Source: Okamejei kenojei
Lineage: Eukaryota
Reading direction: 5' to 3'
Length of the DNA stretch: 64,000 nt
Assembly (NCBI GenBank): GCA_035221665.1
Contig: CM069135.1
Location: 49,290,001 to 49,354,000, forward strand
Shown: in pieces, positions 24,141 through 36,453 of the stretch
Numbering within the stretch: position 1 is the stretch's first letter
Layout: every line of letters begins with the position of its first letter
Position numbers and translations under genes: made by a program
Notes under the pieces: model-generated
Database searches by the model: none
Told to the model about the DNA's origin: nothing
Seen by the model: the letters and a program-made list of their open reading frames with translations, nothing else

Positions 24141-24734
24141 TATCTAAATTAGTAGTAAATGATTAAATCAATGAGCTCTGCATGGGTCTTTCCTGTCTAT
24201 TATACCCTAAAAGTCTATCTTCCTTCTCTCTCTTTGTTGAAACATTATGCTTTCTTAAAAAAGCACAAAACAATAAAATAATATCAGCACCAAATAAAAA
24301 ATCATGGAGGAAAATTATAATTAATCCATTATTGTGTAGGATTTTATCATTGGTCTAATCAGTATTAATATCTCTCTGTGATGAATTAAACTTATTGTAA
24401 AGCAGAGGTTTAAGGATGAAAAACTAGTAATTAATATGCATATCGCAAAGTAATATATATTCATTGTACATTTTTATTTCTAGTTTTGTGTCGGTATCTC
24501 AAAATGATATATAGTAATAATTTGTTGGAATACAGATGCAATCAATGTGTACAATTATAATACGATGTGGAACTGCAGTTCCATGTTAAAAATAATTCAC
24601 TGATGAATTATTCTGCATTACATATTTTAATTTATAAAATGAACACGGGAAATAATTGATCAATACTAACAAATGACAAATGTAAGTCTACTGAGGAAGC
24701 ATTTTAGAATGTTAGATTTGGAAAAGGTGGAAGG

Positions 24735-24880
24735 ACTCAAAATACTGGAGTAACTTAGCAAGTCAGGCAGGATCCTCAAAGAACATGAATAGGTGACGTT
24801 TCAGGTAGTAACCCTTCCTCAGACTGATTGCAGAGGTGGGGGAGAAAAAAAGCTAGAAGAGTAGACCTGAAGAGGTGGAA
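24735..24880 (-). mobile_element. Penelope pseudo-LTR fragment
   Basis: Minus strand ctgaggaagggttactacctgaaacgtc core. Confidence 0.65.
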
Positions 24881-25214
24881 ATGCATTCAAGAGCATGACA
24901 GAAAACATAGTGCATTTGCATTTATTGATACAGCAATATGTTCAGAACATACAAACAGAACATTGAATGTAGAAAGTGACAATGTAACACTAAATGCCAA
25001 TCCAGCTTTACTTTTTGCAGGTATTGAATAAAATAATTACAGTAACAAAGAAAAGGGCAGTAGAAATTCAACAACATTTTAGTTTGAAATTGAGAACGAG
25101 TATCCATGCTCTCAAAGTAAATTTCTATGCTGTAATATGACTTAAGCAAACATTCCAAGAATTAAATGAACAAAATATGATGAATCCCTCCCATAACAGA
25201 GAACCATCCCAAGA

Positions 25215-25902
25215 CATTCATCGGCAGTCACTCGAAACGCGTATGACTGTCCTCACATGGAGGACGCCTGTGCGTGACTTTGTTTAACCTGGGGAGACAG
25301 GTGCACAGACAGCCACCACACGGTCCTTGACAGATCTGGGTCAGAATCCAGTGGCATGGAATCCAAGATGACCGGGGACCCTTTTCTGCTGCAGCCTTCA
25401 TCCGCCCTCCCAGCCATTGTGATGCTCCACTAAAGTCAGCCATCATCCTCCGCCTGTTCCATCGTTGAGGTTGAAGTGGTACCAAACATGGTGAATAAAG
25501 GCGAGACATCAGGCCGGTTCAAACTGTTGTTTATTCAGTCGTTACGATAGGTTGGTGCGCTAACCATATTACAATGTTGCTGTAGCTGAGCGAGGTTGTA
25601 CTCTTGGACTCAGCTACCTGTTGACTCCTTAAGATCTCGAGGTGAGATGACCTTAAGTACCAGGACACTCCCTCTAGCCCATGACGTCACGTGCCCGCCC
25701 TCGTATCTCCTGACGAGGGTTCGAGCATAAGTGGCCCGTGTATAGGCTGACGCCACAAGGTCTTGGTTGAATTGCTCTTTGTCAGAGACCTCCCCCTCGA
25801 CCTTACCACCATGGGTGACCCTACCAGGAGCATAGCTCTAGACGGAATCGATCTCAGGACTACACACGCTTCTCCACCGCGACAAGGTGACAATCCACGG
25901 AA
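25215..25902 (-). mobile_element. Non-autonomous bipartite RTE element split by a solo LTR
   Basis: 5' part (25762-25902) homologous to 1255-1395; 3' part 25215-25470 resembles an RTE ORF2 end. Confidence 0.72.
25472..25757 (-). mobile_element. Solo LTR (286 bp, Gypsy-like)
   Basis: TG...CA termini, perfect 4-bp TSD aggt (25468-25471, 25758-25761), minus-strand AATAAA near 25530. Confidence 0.85.
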
Positions 25903-26305
25903 AAAGTCCCAAGACATTATGACATAACACAGCACAAAATGCATGACATGAGTATGGAACAATAAATTAATTGAGCAAAGCAAATATTTTCTACAGTCAA
26001 TAAATCTTATTTACTCAAGGAGGACACTACACAACTTGCAAACAGACATAAGATAAACTGATTGCCTGTAGCTGAAATGTTATGAAGGCTTGCCCAGAAG
26101 GACCCACACATTTGGGAGATTTCTACATCTTTGTAAAGAGTACAATTTATTAATGTGAAATAGCTATGGTAAGCCATCTGCAAAACATGAGTAGACCTCA
26201 GATAATCTCAATACCAGCGTATTGCATTGGAGTGCACAGGTGCACATTTAGCATTATGCAAAGTAACATTACAAAAGGGGATTTCACAAAGCCTGGCATT
26301 CATAT

Positions 26306-26617
26306 GGGCAGCACAGAGGCGCAGCGGTAGGGTTACTGCCTCACAGCGCCAGAGTCCCAGGTTCGTTCCTGACTACGGGTGCTGTCTGCACGGAGTTTGT
26401 ACCTTCTCCCTGCATCCTGCGTGGGTTTTCTCCGGTGAGTTCCGGTTTCCTGCCGCACTCCAAAGACATACAGGTTTGTACGCTAATTGGCTTGGTATAG
26501 ATGTAAATTGTCCCTAGTGTGTGGAGGACAATGTTAGTGTGTGGGGATCGCTGGTCGGCGCAGACTTGGTGGACCGGAGGGCCTGTTTCCGTGCTGTAGC
26601 TCTAAACTAAACTAAAC
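26306..26617 (+). mobile_element. V-SINE/HE1-type SINE, full length
   Basis: tRNA-like head with B-box-like ggttcgttcc, V core, (ctaaa)n tail. Confidence 0.88.
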
Positions 26618-27305
26618 TTTTTTTTTTTTTTTTTTTTTTTAAATTTATTTATTATAGAAACAAAATAACAACCAGTTACATTATATTTCAATAGTAAAAA
26701 TACATAGTCTTAATAATTGATTCATACTAATAATATTATTTATACTGTATTATCCTTAATTATAAATTTCAAAGTTGTATATTTTATATAATTAGAAATA
26801 CATAATACTAATAATACATTCATAATATTAGCATTATACTCGTACTATTAGTAATTTTCATTTTATCTCTAATTTTTTAGGTATAAGGCCAAATTTTATG
26901 ATATTATTGATACAAAAAGTTAGTAAAACTTATATAATTTCCATTATTTCTTCCTAATGTTAACAATATTTATCTTATCGCTAAATTTAAATTTAAAATT
27001 ATTGTACCATTAAAAGTACATAATTTTATATAATTAAAAATATAAAATACTAAAAAATACTAATAATACTAATAATGTTCTCATAAATCTAATAATATTT
27101 ATATTCGTACTAATATTAAGATAATGTGTTTCTATATTGTTTTTTAATTTTTTATATAGATATAAGAAAATAGAAAAGTTAAGAAATAGAATAAAGAGTA
27201 AGAAAAGGTTTGATGGAGAAATAAAATATTCGTCATTAATCCGTCCTTATAGATATATTCATGATTTATTATATGTATCTCTTCATCCATTCAAATATCC
27301 AGGTC

Positions 27306-30300
27306 TCAGTCAGGTTCTCGCGCCGAACCATTATGACCCTGTAAATATTCAATATATGGAGACCAAATCCATCTGAAGAGATCTAACCTATCCATAAGGA
27401 CAAGCCTCAATCTCTCCAAATGGAGTGTCTCCGACATTTCTATATTCCACATTTTGATTGTTGGGAATGCAGGGCCTTTCCAAAATTTTAATATTAATTT
27501 TTTCCCAATTATTAAACCATAGTCAATAAAAGTTCTTTGATTCGTTGTTATTAATTGGTCAGTTTCAATTATTCCAAGTATAATTAACTTTGGGTCAGGG
27601 GTTATATTTATATTGATAACGGTCGAGATTATTTTAAATATTTCCTTCCAGTATTCTACAATTTTTATGCAGTTAGTAAATGAGTGTGTCAAATTTGCTT
27701 CTGAAATTTGACATTTGTCACATATTGGAGATATCTTTGGAAAAATATTATGTAATTTAGATTTAGAGTAATGTAATCTATGTAATATTTTAAACTGTAT
27801 AAGAGAATGTTTAGCGTTTAATGAACAATAATGTATATGTTGTAAACTTTCATCCCATATTTTCTGGTCTTATTATTTGGCCTAATTCCTTTTCCCAAGA
27901 CTCTCTGTATATTTCTGTTGATGGGGTATCATTTTCCAATAAAATATTATATATATATGATATCATTTTTTCCATATTTGGATGTTTATTCAAACATTCA
28001 TCTAAAATTTCTATTTTTCTATTTTTCTAAATTCATATATATTTGCAGAGGCATAGTTTCTAATTTGTAAATATCTGAAATATTCTTTATTATGTAGCCC
28101 ATAAATTTGTTGCAACTCTTGAAATGAAAGAAAAGTGTTTTCCTTATAAAGATCACCCATCTTAGAAATTCCTTTATTTTTCCATTGTAAAAAAGCCTTA
28201 TCCAAAATTGGAGGTTTAAACATAAAATTATTAACAATCTTAAGACTTAGTGGTATAGATTTTAGTTTTAATGCTTTCTTTATTTGTTTCCATATGCGGA
28301 TTCCATTTTCTATTATCGGATTTTCACTATAAACTTTCTTAGCTACATTAATATTAGCAAATATTATAGAGCTAATTTCTAATGGAGAACAATCTTCTTC
28401 TTCCATATTTAACCAATTTGGTTTTATTGTCTATTTCTCCTAACCAAAAAATTCATGTTTTTAATATTAACTGCCCAGTAATAAAACATCAAGTTTGGTA
28501 ACGCTAATCCTCCATTTATTTTAGATTTACATAAATGTTTTTTATTTATTCTATGGGTCTTATAATCCCAAATGAAATTCGTAATTAAAGAATCTACTTT
28601 TTAAAAAAAAATTTTTGGAAGATATATCGGGATTAATTGAAATAAATATAATAATTGTGGGAGAAAAATCATTTTATTGCATTAATTTTCCCTATCATCG
28701 AGATAGGTAAACTTTTCCAATATGAAATATTCTTATTTAATTTATTTAGTAATGGGGGGGAAATTAGATTTAAATAGAGAGTTAAATCTTTTTGTAACAA
28801 AAATCCCAAGATATTTAATATTTTCATTTGTTATCTTAAAAGGAAATTGTTGTAATATATGTAACTTATTCAGTGTTATTGGCATAAGTTCACTTTTATT
28901 CCAATTAATACTGTATCCTGAAAGTGATCCGAATTCCGTTATTAGTTTTAACAAATTTCGAATACTTATTTCTGGTTGAGTGATATAAAGTAATACATCA
29001 TCTGCATATAAGGAAATTTTATTCTTAGTATCTGCGGTATCATATCCATATATTTCCGGGTGTAGTCTTACCCTCTGAGCAAGTGGTTCTATTGCTAATG
29101 CAAACAATAAAGGTGATAAAGGGCAACCTTGCCTACAACCTCGTGATAAATTAAATTTAATTGATAACATTCGATTTGTTGTTATTCTAGCTATTGGATT
29201 TGCATATAATAATTTAATCCAAGTAATAAACTCCTCTCCTAGTTTAAAGGCTTCCATCACCGAAAATAAATAAGGCCATTCCACTTGGTCAAAAGCCTTT
29301 TCTGCATCAAGCGAAATAACTACTAAGTCTTTTTTATCACTTCTTTTCGAATATATAATATTAAACAATCGTCTTAGATTATATGAAGAATATCTTTTTG
29401 GTATAAATCCAGTTTGATCCGGATGTATTAATTCATTAACAACTGAACTCAATATTTTTGCTAATATTGTTGTTAATATCTTTTGATCTGTATTTAATAG
29501 AGCTATTGCTCTATATGATCCTGGTTCGTCCAAATCTTTATTTATTTTAGGTATGAGTGTTATAATAGATTTGTTCAATGTATCTGGAAGCTTCTGTTCT
29601 GTATATATCTGTTCATATAATGATTTTAGATATGGGACTATATATTCATGAAATGTTTTATAAAATTCCGAACCTATACCATCAGGTCCCGGTGTTTTTA
29701 CCGTTTTTTAATGATCTAATAGATTCTTTGATTTCATTTATTGAAATATCAGCATTTAATAATTTTCTATTTTGTAAATCCAGTCCTTTCAAGTTACATT
29801 TTTTTATTAAATGCATTCTATTTCTATTTTACTTACTGTTGTTTTAGCAGTGTATAAATTTTTATAATATTGCATAAATCTTTCATTAATATCTTTAGGT
29901 TGTATTAATAAGTCACCGTTTTGTGATTTAATCCTATGTATAGTTTTTTCCGCTTCAATTTTCCTTAATTGTCGAGCCAGCAGTTTTTGGGGCTTATCCC
30001 CAAATTCAAACTGTAATTGTTTAGTATGTTGGTAGAATTTTATCACTTGATCTGTATATATTTTATTTAATTTATATTTCAATATAACAATTTTATTATG
30101 TAATATCGTATCTGGTTTTATTGCATTCTGTATATCTAATTCCTTAATCTCCTTTTCTAGATCTTGTTGTTCTTTCCGAATCTTTTTATTGTCAAATGCT
30201 TGTGAAGAAATCATTATTCCTCGAAGATATGCCTTAAATGTTTCCCACAATAAGGAACGCGATATCTCTGGTTGATCATTTATTTCAAAAAAAATTTTTA

Positions 30301-31124
30301 ATTTGAGTTATGATATATTCCTGAGTGGCTTTGTTTTTAAAATTTGTGGATTAAATTTCCACTGTCCTAAATTTTCTATTTTATTATTAATTTTAATTTT
30401 AAACGTTACTGGGGCATGATCTGAGATTATTATATTATCATATTTAGCTTCATAAGTAAGTGAAATAAGTTTTGCATCCACCAAAAAATAATCTATTCTT
30501 GAGTAAGTTTTATGCACTGGGGAGTAAAAGAATATTCTCGTCCTGTAGGGTTTTCTGTTCTCCAAACATCTTTAATATTGGTCGTTTTGCATATATGCAT
30601 TTAGCAAATCACTAGAATGTGATTTGTTTTTTCTTTGTTTTGTAGATCTGTCTAAGTAAGGATCTAATGTACAGTTGAAATCTCCACCAATTATCAAATT
30701 ATATTGCGTTAATTCCGGAATATTATTAAATACTTTTTAAAAAAACAATGGACTATCGAAATTTGGTCCATATATATTAACAATAATCACTTTTTCTGTA
30801 TTTAATTCTCCTATCACAATAATATATCTACCATCTTTATCATCTATGGTTGATATATGTTTAAATAAAGTACCTTTACGAAATAATATTGCTACACCTC
30901 TTGATTTATGTGTAAAAGAAGAATGATATATTTTATCTATCCATTTAGCTTTCAACCTGTTTTCCGCCTCTTTTTTTAGGTGGGTCTCTTGAATGTAAAT
31001 TACATCAGCTTTACTTGCCTTTAAATATGTCAATACTTTTCCTCTCTTTATCGGTAATACGTTTAACATTCCAACTGCAGAATGTTAATCCCTCATTCCC
31101 CGTATTTCTTTTTAAGTCTTGCAT
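27306..31124 (-). pseudogene. L1 ORF2 (AP endonuclease, RT, C-terminal Cys-rich region), frameshifted
   Basis: YIQETH, SRIDYFL, SDHAPV, WETFKAYLRG, SLDAEKAFD, GCRQGCPLSPLLF, LYADDVLL in successive ORF pieces. Confidence 0.92.
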
Positions 31125-32032
31125 TTTAGATTTATGGGGATCTGCAGGATCTAAGGATCAGCGCGATAAACCCAACCTTACACCTGAACCCTGAATGGAT
31201 GTAATTTAAATCTCTTTTTTGCCCCTCATGAATATATCTCCCTTGGTACATTATATTACTCCAATCAAACCAAAGATTACTATAGATATAAAAGATAGAT
31301 AAAAAATAAATAGAGGTATTGTGTGTAGAAGTAAAAAAGAACTACATCTAGAATCGATGTAGTTTGTGCCAGCCATATTAAGATGGCTATACATCTAATG
31401 ACTTCCGTCATCGATGTTATTAACACGACCAGCTCCTGGAATTAGTGAATTATTATTCTTTAACAATATTTTAACGGGGGTATAATATATATAATTTTTA
31501 AAAAAAAAAGGGAGGGGGAATGATAATAAAAAACAGGAAGGGGAGAGAGAAAGAAAAAAGAGGAAGAATAAAAAAATTCATCCTTTAAAAATATCAATAT
31601 CTAAAGCTAACTTAAAAATCTAAATAATATTAGACATAAAAAATACAAAGGCTATATAAAAAGAAGAATAACATACAATTAATTCAATTCAAAAAGGAAA
31701 AATTTAGTTATTAATTATTAGTAATAGTGATTAATAATAGTGAACATTCCTAATTAATTAAAAAAAAGGGTGGGAAAAACTAATAATAAAGCGTGTTATA
31801 ATCTTAATGTGTGTGTTAATTATTTATATTAGTTATATGTTAGAACTAATTATCAATGTCCAGATATCCAGATGACGTTGTCGAATCTCGTTTTATTCCT
31901 CTCCATTCCATTCGACATTGTCTATTCCATCAAGTCCAATATCATCTTGAAGAGTCGCAGTAAATATTAAAAGTCCATGTTGAATATCTGAGAATGATAA
32001 AAGTCAGTATATTACTTGCTTGTAGGTACTCT

Positions 32033-32776
32033 TCAAGTCTTGAGCTGCTGAGCAAATTCCAATGCTGCGGTTGGGGTCTTGAAAAAGTATTCCACATTCT
32101 TATAAGAAACTCTTAAAGTCGCTGGGTAATTCAAACCGTATCTCAGATTTTCTACTCCACGCATAAGACTTTTGGCTTCATTGAATGCTTTTCGTTTCCT
32201 GGCGACCTCTGGTGGATAGTCTCGATAGATACTAATCCTTTGACCTTCAAATGTCAAGTTTTTCGTTTTCGAAGCTTTCCGCATAATCTCATCCAGAACA
32301 AAATCAAATTGTACCTTTATAATCATTTGTCTGGGAGGAGCGTTGGGTCTGGTCTGACGTCTACTGACTCTGTGAGCACGAGCTAATAAAGGCATTTCTT
32401 CCAGAGATAGAACTTCTTTGAGTAATTTAGCAGTGAACTCTCGAGGGCCGTCGATATTCTCTAGACCCTCAGGAATCCCTACAATTCTCAGATTTTGCCT
32501 TCTCTGATGTCCTTCTAGCTCAGTACATTTCTCTGCTGTTTTAGTCAGCATGCTCATCAGACGTTCGTTTTCTGTAAACAGGTTCGCTGTAGTCAAAGCA
32601 TTCGTCTCAGCTGTTTGCTGAAGGTTCTTTATTTCAGCCATCTGTTGTTTCTGTATTTCTTCAATAGGATTAATCCTATTATCGATGTCTTTTTTAAACT
32701 TTTCCAGTTTTTTATCCATCTTTTTCTCCATGACGTTAAACATTTCAATAAATTCTTCCTTTAATTCATCTGACAT
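32033..32776 (-). CDS. L1 ORF1p (coiled coil + RRM + CTD, Transposase_22-like)
   Basis: Heptad-rich N-terminus, LEGHQRRQNLRIVGIPEG, RAHRV, ISIYRDY, YPATLRV; uninterrupted 247 aa. Confidence 0.92.
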   Translation of the reverse strand: MSDELKEEFIEMFNVMEKKMDKKLEKFKKDIDNRINPIEEIQKQQMAEIKNLQQTAETNALTTANLFTENERLMSMLTKTAEKCTELEGHQRRQNLRIVGIPEGLENIDGPREFTAKLLKEVLSLEEMPLLARAHRVSRRQTRPNAPPRQMIIKVQFDFVLDEIMRKASKTKNLTFEGQRISIYRDYPPEVARKRKAFNEAKSLMRGVENLRYGLNYPATLRVSYKNVEYFFKTPTAALEFAQQLKT

Positions 32777-34385
32777 TTTCTTAACCTTTTTTTCAATATT
32801 TAACTTTGTTTCTTGTTTTAAGTCTTTCAGTTGATTTTTTCATCTGATTCAGCTGAGTATCCATCAAACTATTTATTTGATTTATTTCTTCCTATACATC
32901 TTTTATTTCTCCCTTTAATTATTCCTTTAAGCTAACCATCTGATGAGAAATAAAAGATTTCAGTTCCTCACCTTCCATTTTTGTCCTGGTTTTTTGGACA
33001 CATCTTCCAGGGATCGAGTCCTACTCGACTCAAGGCTTCACTTGGGCCTTCTCCCGGTCTCTGCCGGGTTGGTCGACCTTTTACCTTGTCGGTAGGGATC
33101 CGTGAGACCGACATAGTTCGTCGCGCGCCTGATGACGTCACTCGGCACAGTCGGTGAAGAAACAGCAAGCAGTTTGTTGCAGGCAGCCGGTAAGTCTTTT
33201 AAAACCCCCGTTTTTTACAATTTTTTTGCGGAGCTGGCTGGCGCTATACTCTAGGGCTCCATAGCGCCTCCGTGCTGTAGCTCTAAACTAAACTAAACTT
33301 AATGACCCTTTGATTGCCTCCACTGACACTTCTCCTGTGTATTACAAAAGCATGACCCTTTAGGGTCACCAGATATATCCAAAAACCTTGCTGAAATTAA
33401 TTCTCAATTTCTCAATGGCTATTGTTAAATATGCATTACAGTAGAGTTGTACTTTATTTAAAATTTGGTTTCGCTGATTCCAATGCAACTAGATTTTGGC
33501 ACAAGAATGCACCATAGTCTCTACTATATTGCACACTTTCTGCTAATGACTGAGGATAAATGCTCACCAGTTGTTTGCAATAATATAATGCTATCTCTCT
33601 TTCACAGCCACACATGGTGCCTCTTAATAAAAAAAGAGAGAGAATTTTCTACCCCAAGGACCCTCCCCACCGCCAACCTACTCACTACACACCACTTACT
33701 CTCATTGTAAGTAAAAACACAGCTACACACACCATCTGTGAAGCTTCCAATAATTGCTTCGACTTCGACTGTGGGAGCGCACCTTTTTCATTGATGTTTT
33801 AAAAGTCTAACATAGCGCCCAACAATATTGTTTCGGCATGAAGTTAGATGGGGGTAATTAAGATGATGTAACATGATCATAAAAATTGCTAAAGAAGGTT
33901 GCAAAAATTATGATCATAAATAATTAAACACTACTTTGGAACATTTACATGCTTTACATCCTTGCAGCAACATATGGTGCTATAGCTGAATATTTTTGTT
34001 CAAACATAAGACGTGAGCAAAGTCTTTGTTTACCATCCATCACTAATAGCCTTTGAGAAGTTTGGAATGAACCATCTTCTTGAATGACTGCCGTCCTTCT
34101 GGTGAAGATACTCATTGGATCAATAACTCTAAGAACTTGAGCCAGCAACAAAGATTGAACAGAATTTATATTTTCATATCAAGATGGTGCACCACTTGGA
34201 GAGGCATTGCAAGTTGTTATGATGCATCATCAAATTGCCTGGTCCTGAAGATTTTGAGAGGAGATGTTGAAGAAGCCTCGATTAGTGACAGATAAGCATT
34301 TTGTATCAATACATATTTAAATTGGTTAAATATTTTTTGATAATATGAGCTTTTCCTGGATGGTACAATTTCACATGGGTATTTT

Positions 34386-34713
34386 AAGTTTAGTTTAGTT
34401 TAGTTTAGTTTAGTTTAGAGGTATAAAATGGAGACAGGCCCTTCGGCCCACCGACTCAGCACTGACCAGCGATCCCCACACACTAACACTATCCTACAAA
34501 CACTAGGGACAATTTACACATACACCAAGCCAATTAACCTGCAAACCTGTACATCTTTGGAGTGTGGGAGGAAGCCGTAGATCTTGGAGAAAACCCATGC
34601 AGTCGCGGGGAGAACGTACAAACTCCGAACAGACAGCACTCGTAGTCCAAATTGAACCTGGGTCTCCGGCGCTGCAAATGCTGTAAGGCAGCAACTCTAC
34701 AGCTACGCCACCA
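34386..34713 (-). mobile_element. V-SINE/HE1-type SINE, full length
   Basis: (tttag)n tail at 34387-34418, V core, tRNA-like head at right end. Confidence 0.88.
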
Positions 34714-35893
34714 TACTGCCCATTGTTGGGACTCATTCAAGCAAGAGGAGAGTAATCCATTGCACTCCTGCTTTGTGCCTTGATGGTGACGAAGATGATT
34801 CAAGGGATCAGTCACTTACTGGAATAAATACCCATTCCCTGACCTGGTCTTGTAGCATTTATATATGTAATGTCAAAAATTCCTGAGTTTCTCTGGCAGT
34901 TTATTTCTAGAATACAACATCTGCTCCTATGAGTCGAGTCTATGGTAACCGTATAGCACATTATTGTCAGCTGGGTGCTGATACACAATGGGGAACTGAA
35001 GTAAGAACTGATGCCTTAAGACTTCTTCAGGCTTGGAGTCAATGTTGAGAATCCCCATGGCCACCTCCATTTGACAATACGCCACTGCACTGACACCCTT
35101 CTGAATCTGGCTGGCTGGTGAGAAAAGCCATATCAAGTGACTGGCTGAATAATTGTCTGAAGATTTGAGTCTGTGGCAGGGCCGGTTGGTTTCGGTTGGA
35201 GCAATACTCATTCAGGAAAATAAAGATTCATTCAACCACTTGTGACTTTCATATGATGATGGTAGTAAGGAACATTCCCAATTTTGGCACAATCCAAAAT
35301 TTCATATGGGGACATGTGACTTCTTGTTCTACTTCAACGCAGGACCTTTGATGAGTGCTGAATGGCTCTACTATTGAGGTTCCTTGTACCTGTTTGATAG
35401 AACTAAATGACTTACTATAACACTTCAGAGGCCATTTGATTCACCCACACTGGTTTTGTTCTCAGGAAAGTAAGTTCCATCTTTAAAGCCAGCTGTCAGC
35501 TAAATGCCTCTGCCTGACAGTTCAGTAGTTACATGATCACACTGCAAATGCCAGCTTTTTTTTTATTCCAAACTTATTTAATTAGCTGAATTGATATTCT
35601 CCAATTTGGAATTCAAGCTCGTCTCCAGGCCTCTGGATTATTATTGTTGCATTAATTATGCTACCATATCCAACAGATAATATCAAACTCCTGTAGACAG
35701 ATTTAATATCTGTTGCAAAATAATGTCAGCTCATGTCAATTGCTGAGTGCAGATTTTCATAAAATCATATTAAAAAGTTACCCGTGGTCAATAATGGCAA
35801 AGGCAACAGTAGCAAAATAACATAATACATTTCATTATTAGGCCAGTTGCTTTCCAAACGTGATAAACTATATACAGACAACTGCTTGTAAAT

Positions 35894-36224
35894 AGTAAGA
35901 TTAAACGAGAACTTACCAGTTTGAAGTTTGATCTTTATTTTATGAGGAGTCGAGTTGAGGGACTACGTGAATAGAAGCCCGTACAGCCGTTGGTGCGTCA
36001 ATCTTCAAAGCAGCGGAATGAATTCACAGCTAACAATGACTGAAGTATAATGGTAAGATGATAAAACTAGAACTACCAGATGAGATCTATGAGGGTGGGA
36101 GCGGAGGGCACATAGTCCCTCAACTCGACTCCTCATAAAATAAAGATCAAACTTCAAACTGGTAAGTTCACGTCGATTAATCTTACTATTTTTACTTCGG
36201 AGTCACGTGAGTGACTACGTGAAG
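35894..36224. repeat. DIRS right terminus and internal complementary region (ICR)
   Basis: 35894-35969 is inverted at 36109-36187, followed directly by attttt-acttcggagtcacgtgagtgactacgtgaag, the complement of the left terminus. Confidence 0.9.
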
Positions 36225-36453
36225 ACTTCAAAGCACTGTGAATTCATGCCGCAGACCGAAATCCGACGTTCACACTGCCTGGATTGACTCAAAAGTCGTT
36301 AACAATCAATCATGCATCAGTAATACATTTGTTAAATGAAATAACAGTTTATTTACAAACAAATCATAACAAACCCCTCTAACTCAGGGGAAAAGTGTAA
36401 CAGTACTGAAACCAGAATCAGCAAACACCCTGAGCCTTGAAATCGGCTTGTGA

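Larger units (their letters stand above)
26618..33268 (-). mobile_element. Full-length L1-clade LINE
   Basis: GC-rich 5' UTR, ORF1, spacer, ORF2, AATAAA + poly(A) (T-run 26618-26640), TSD tccgtgctgtagctctaaactaaactaaactt at 26588-26619 and 33269-33300. Confidence 0.96.

Noticed and set aside
26306-26375. tRNA gene
   Set aside because: tRNA-like head of a V-SINE; no complete cloverleaf, and it continues into the SINE core (same for 17929, 34713, 60833).
26640-27300. Mitochondrial control-region-like or foreign AT-rich insert
   Set aside because: Lies between the ORF2 stop and poly(A) inside the TSD, so it is the L1 3' UTR with degenerate internal repeats.
35894-36187. miRNA precursor or MITE hairpin
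   Set aside because: Explained by the DIRS terminal extension/ICR pairing, and repeated in copies B and C.
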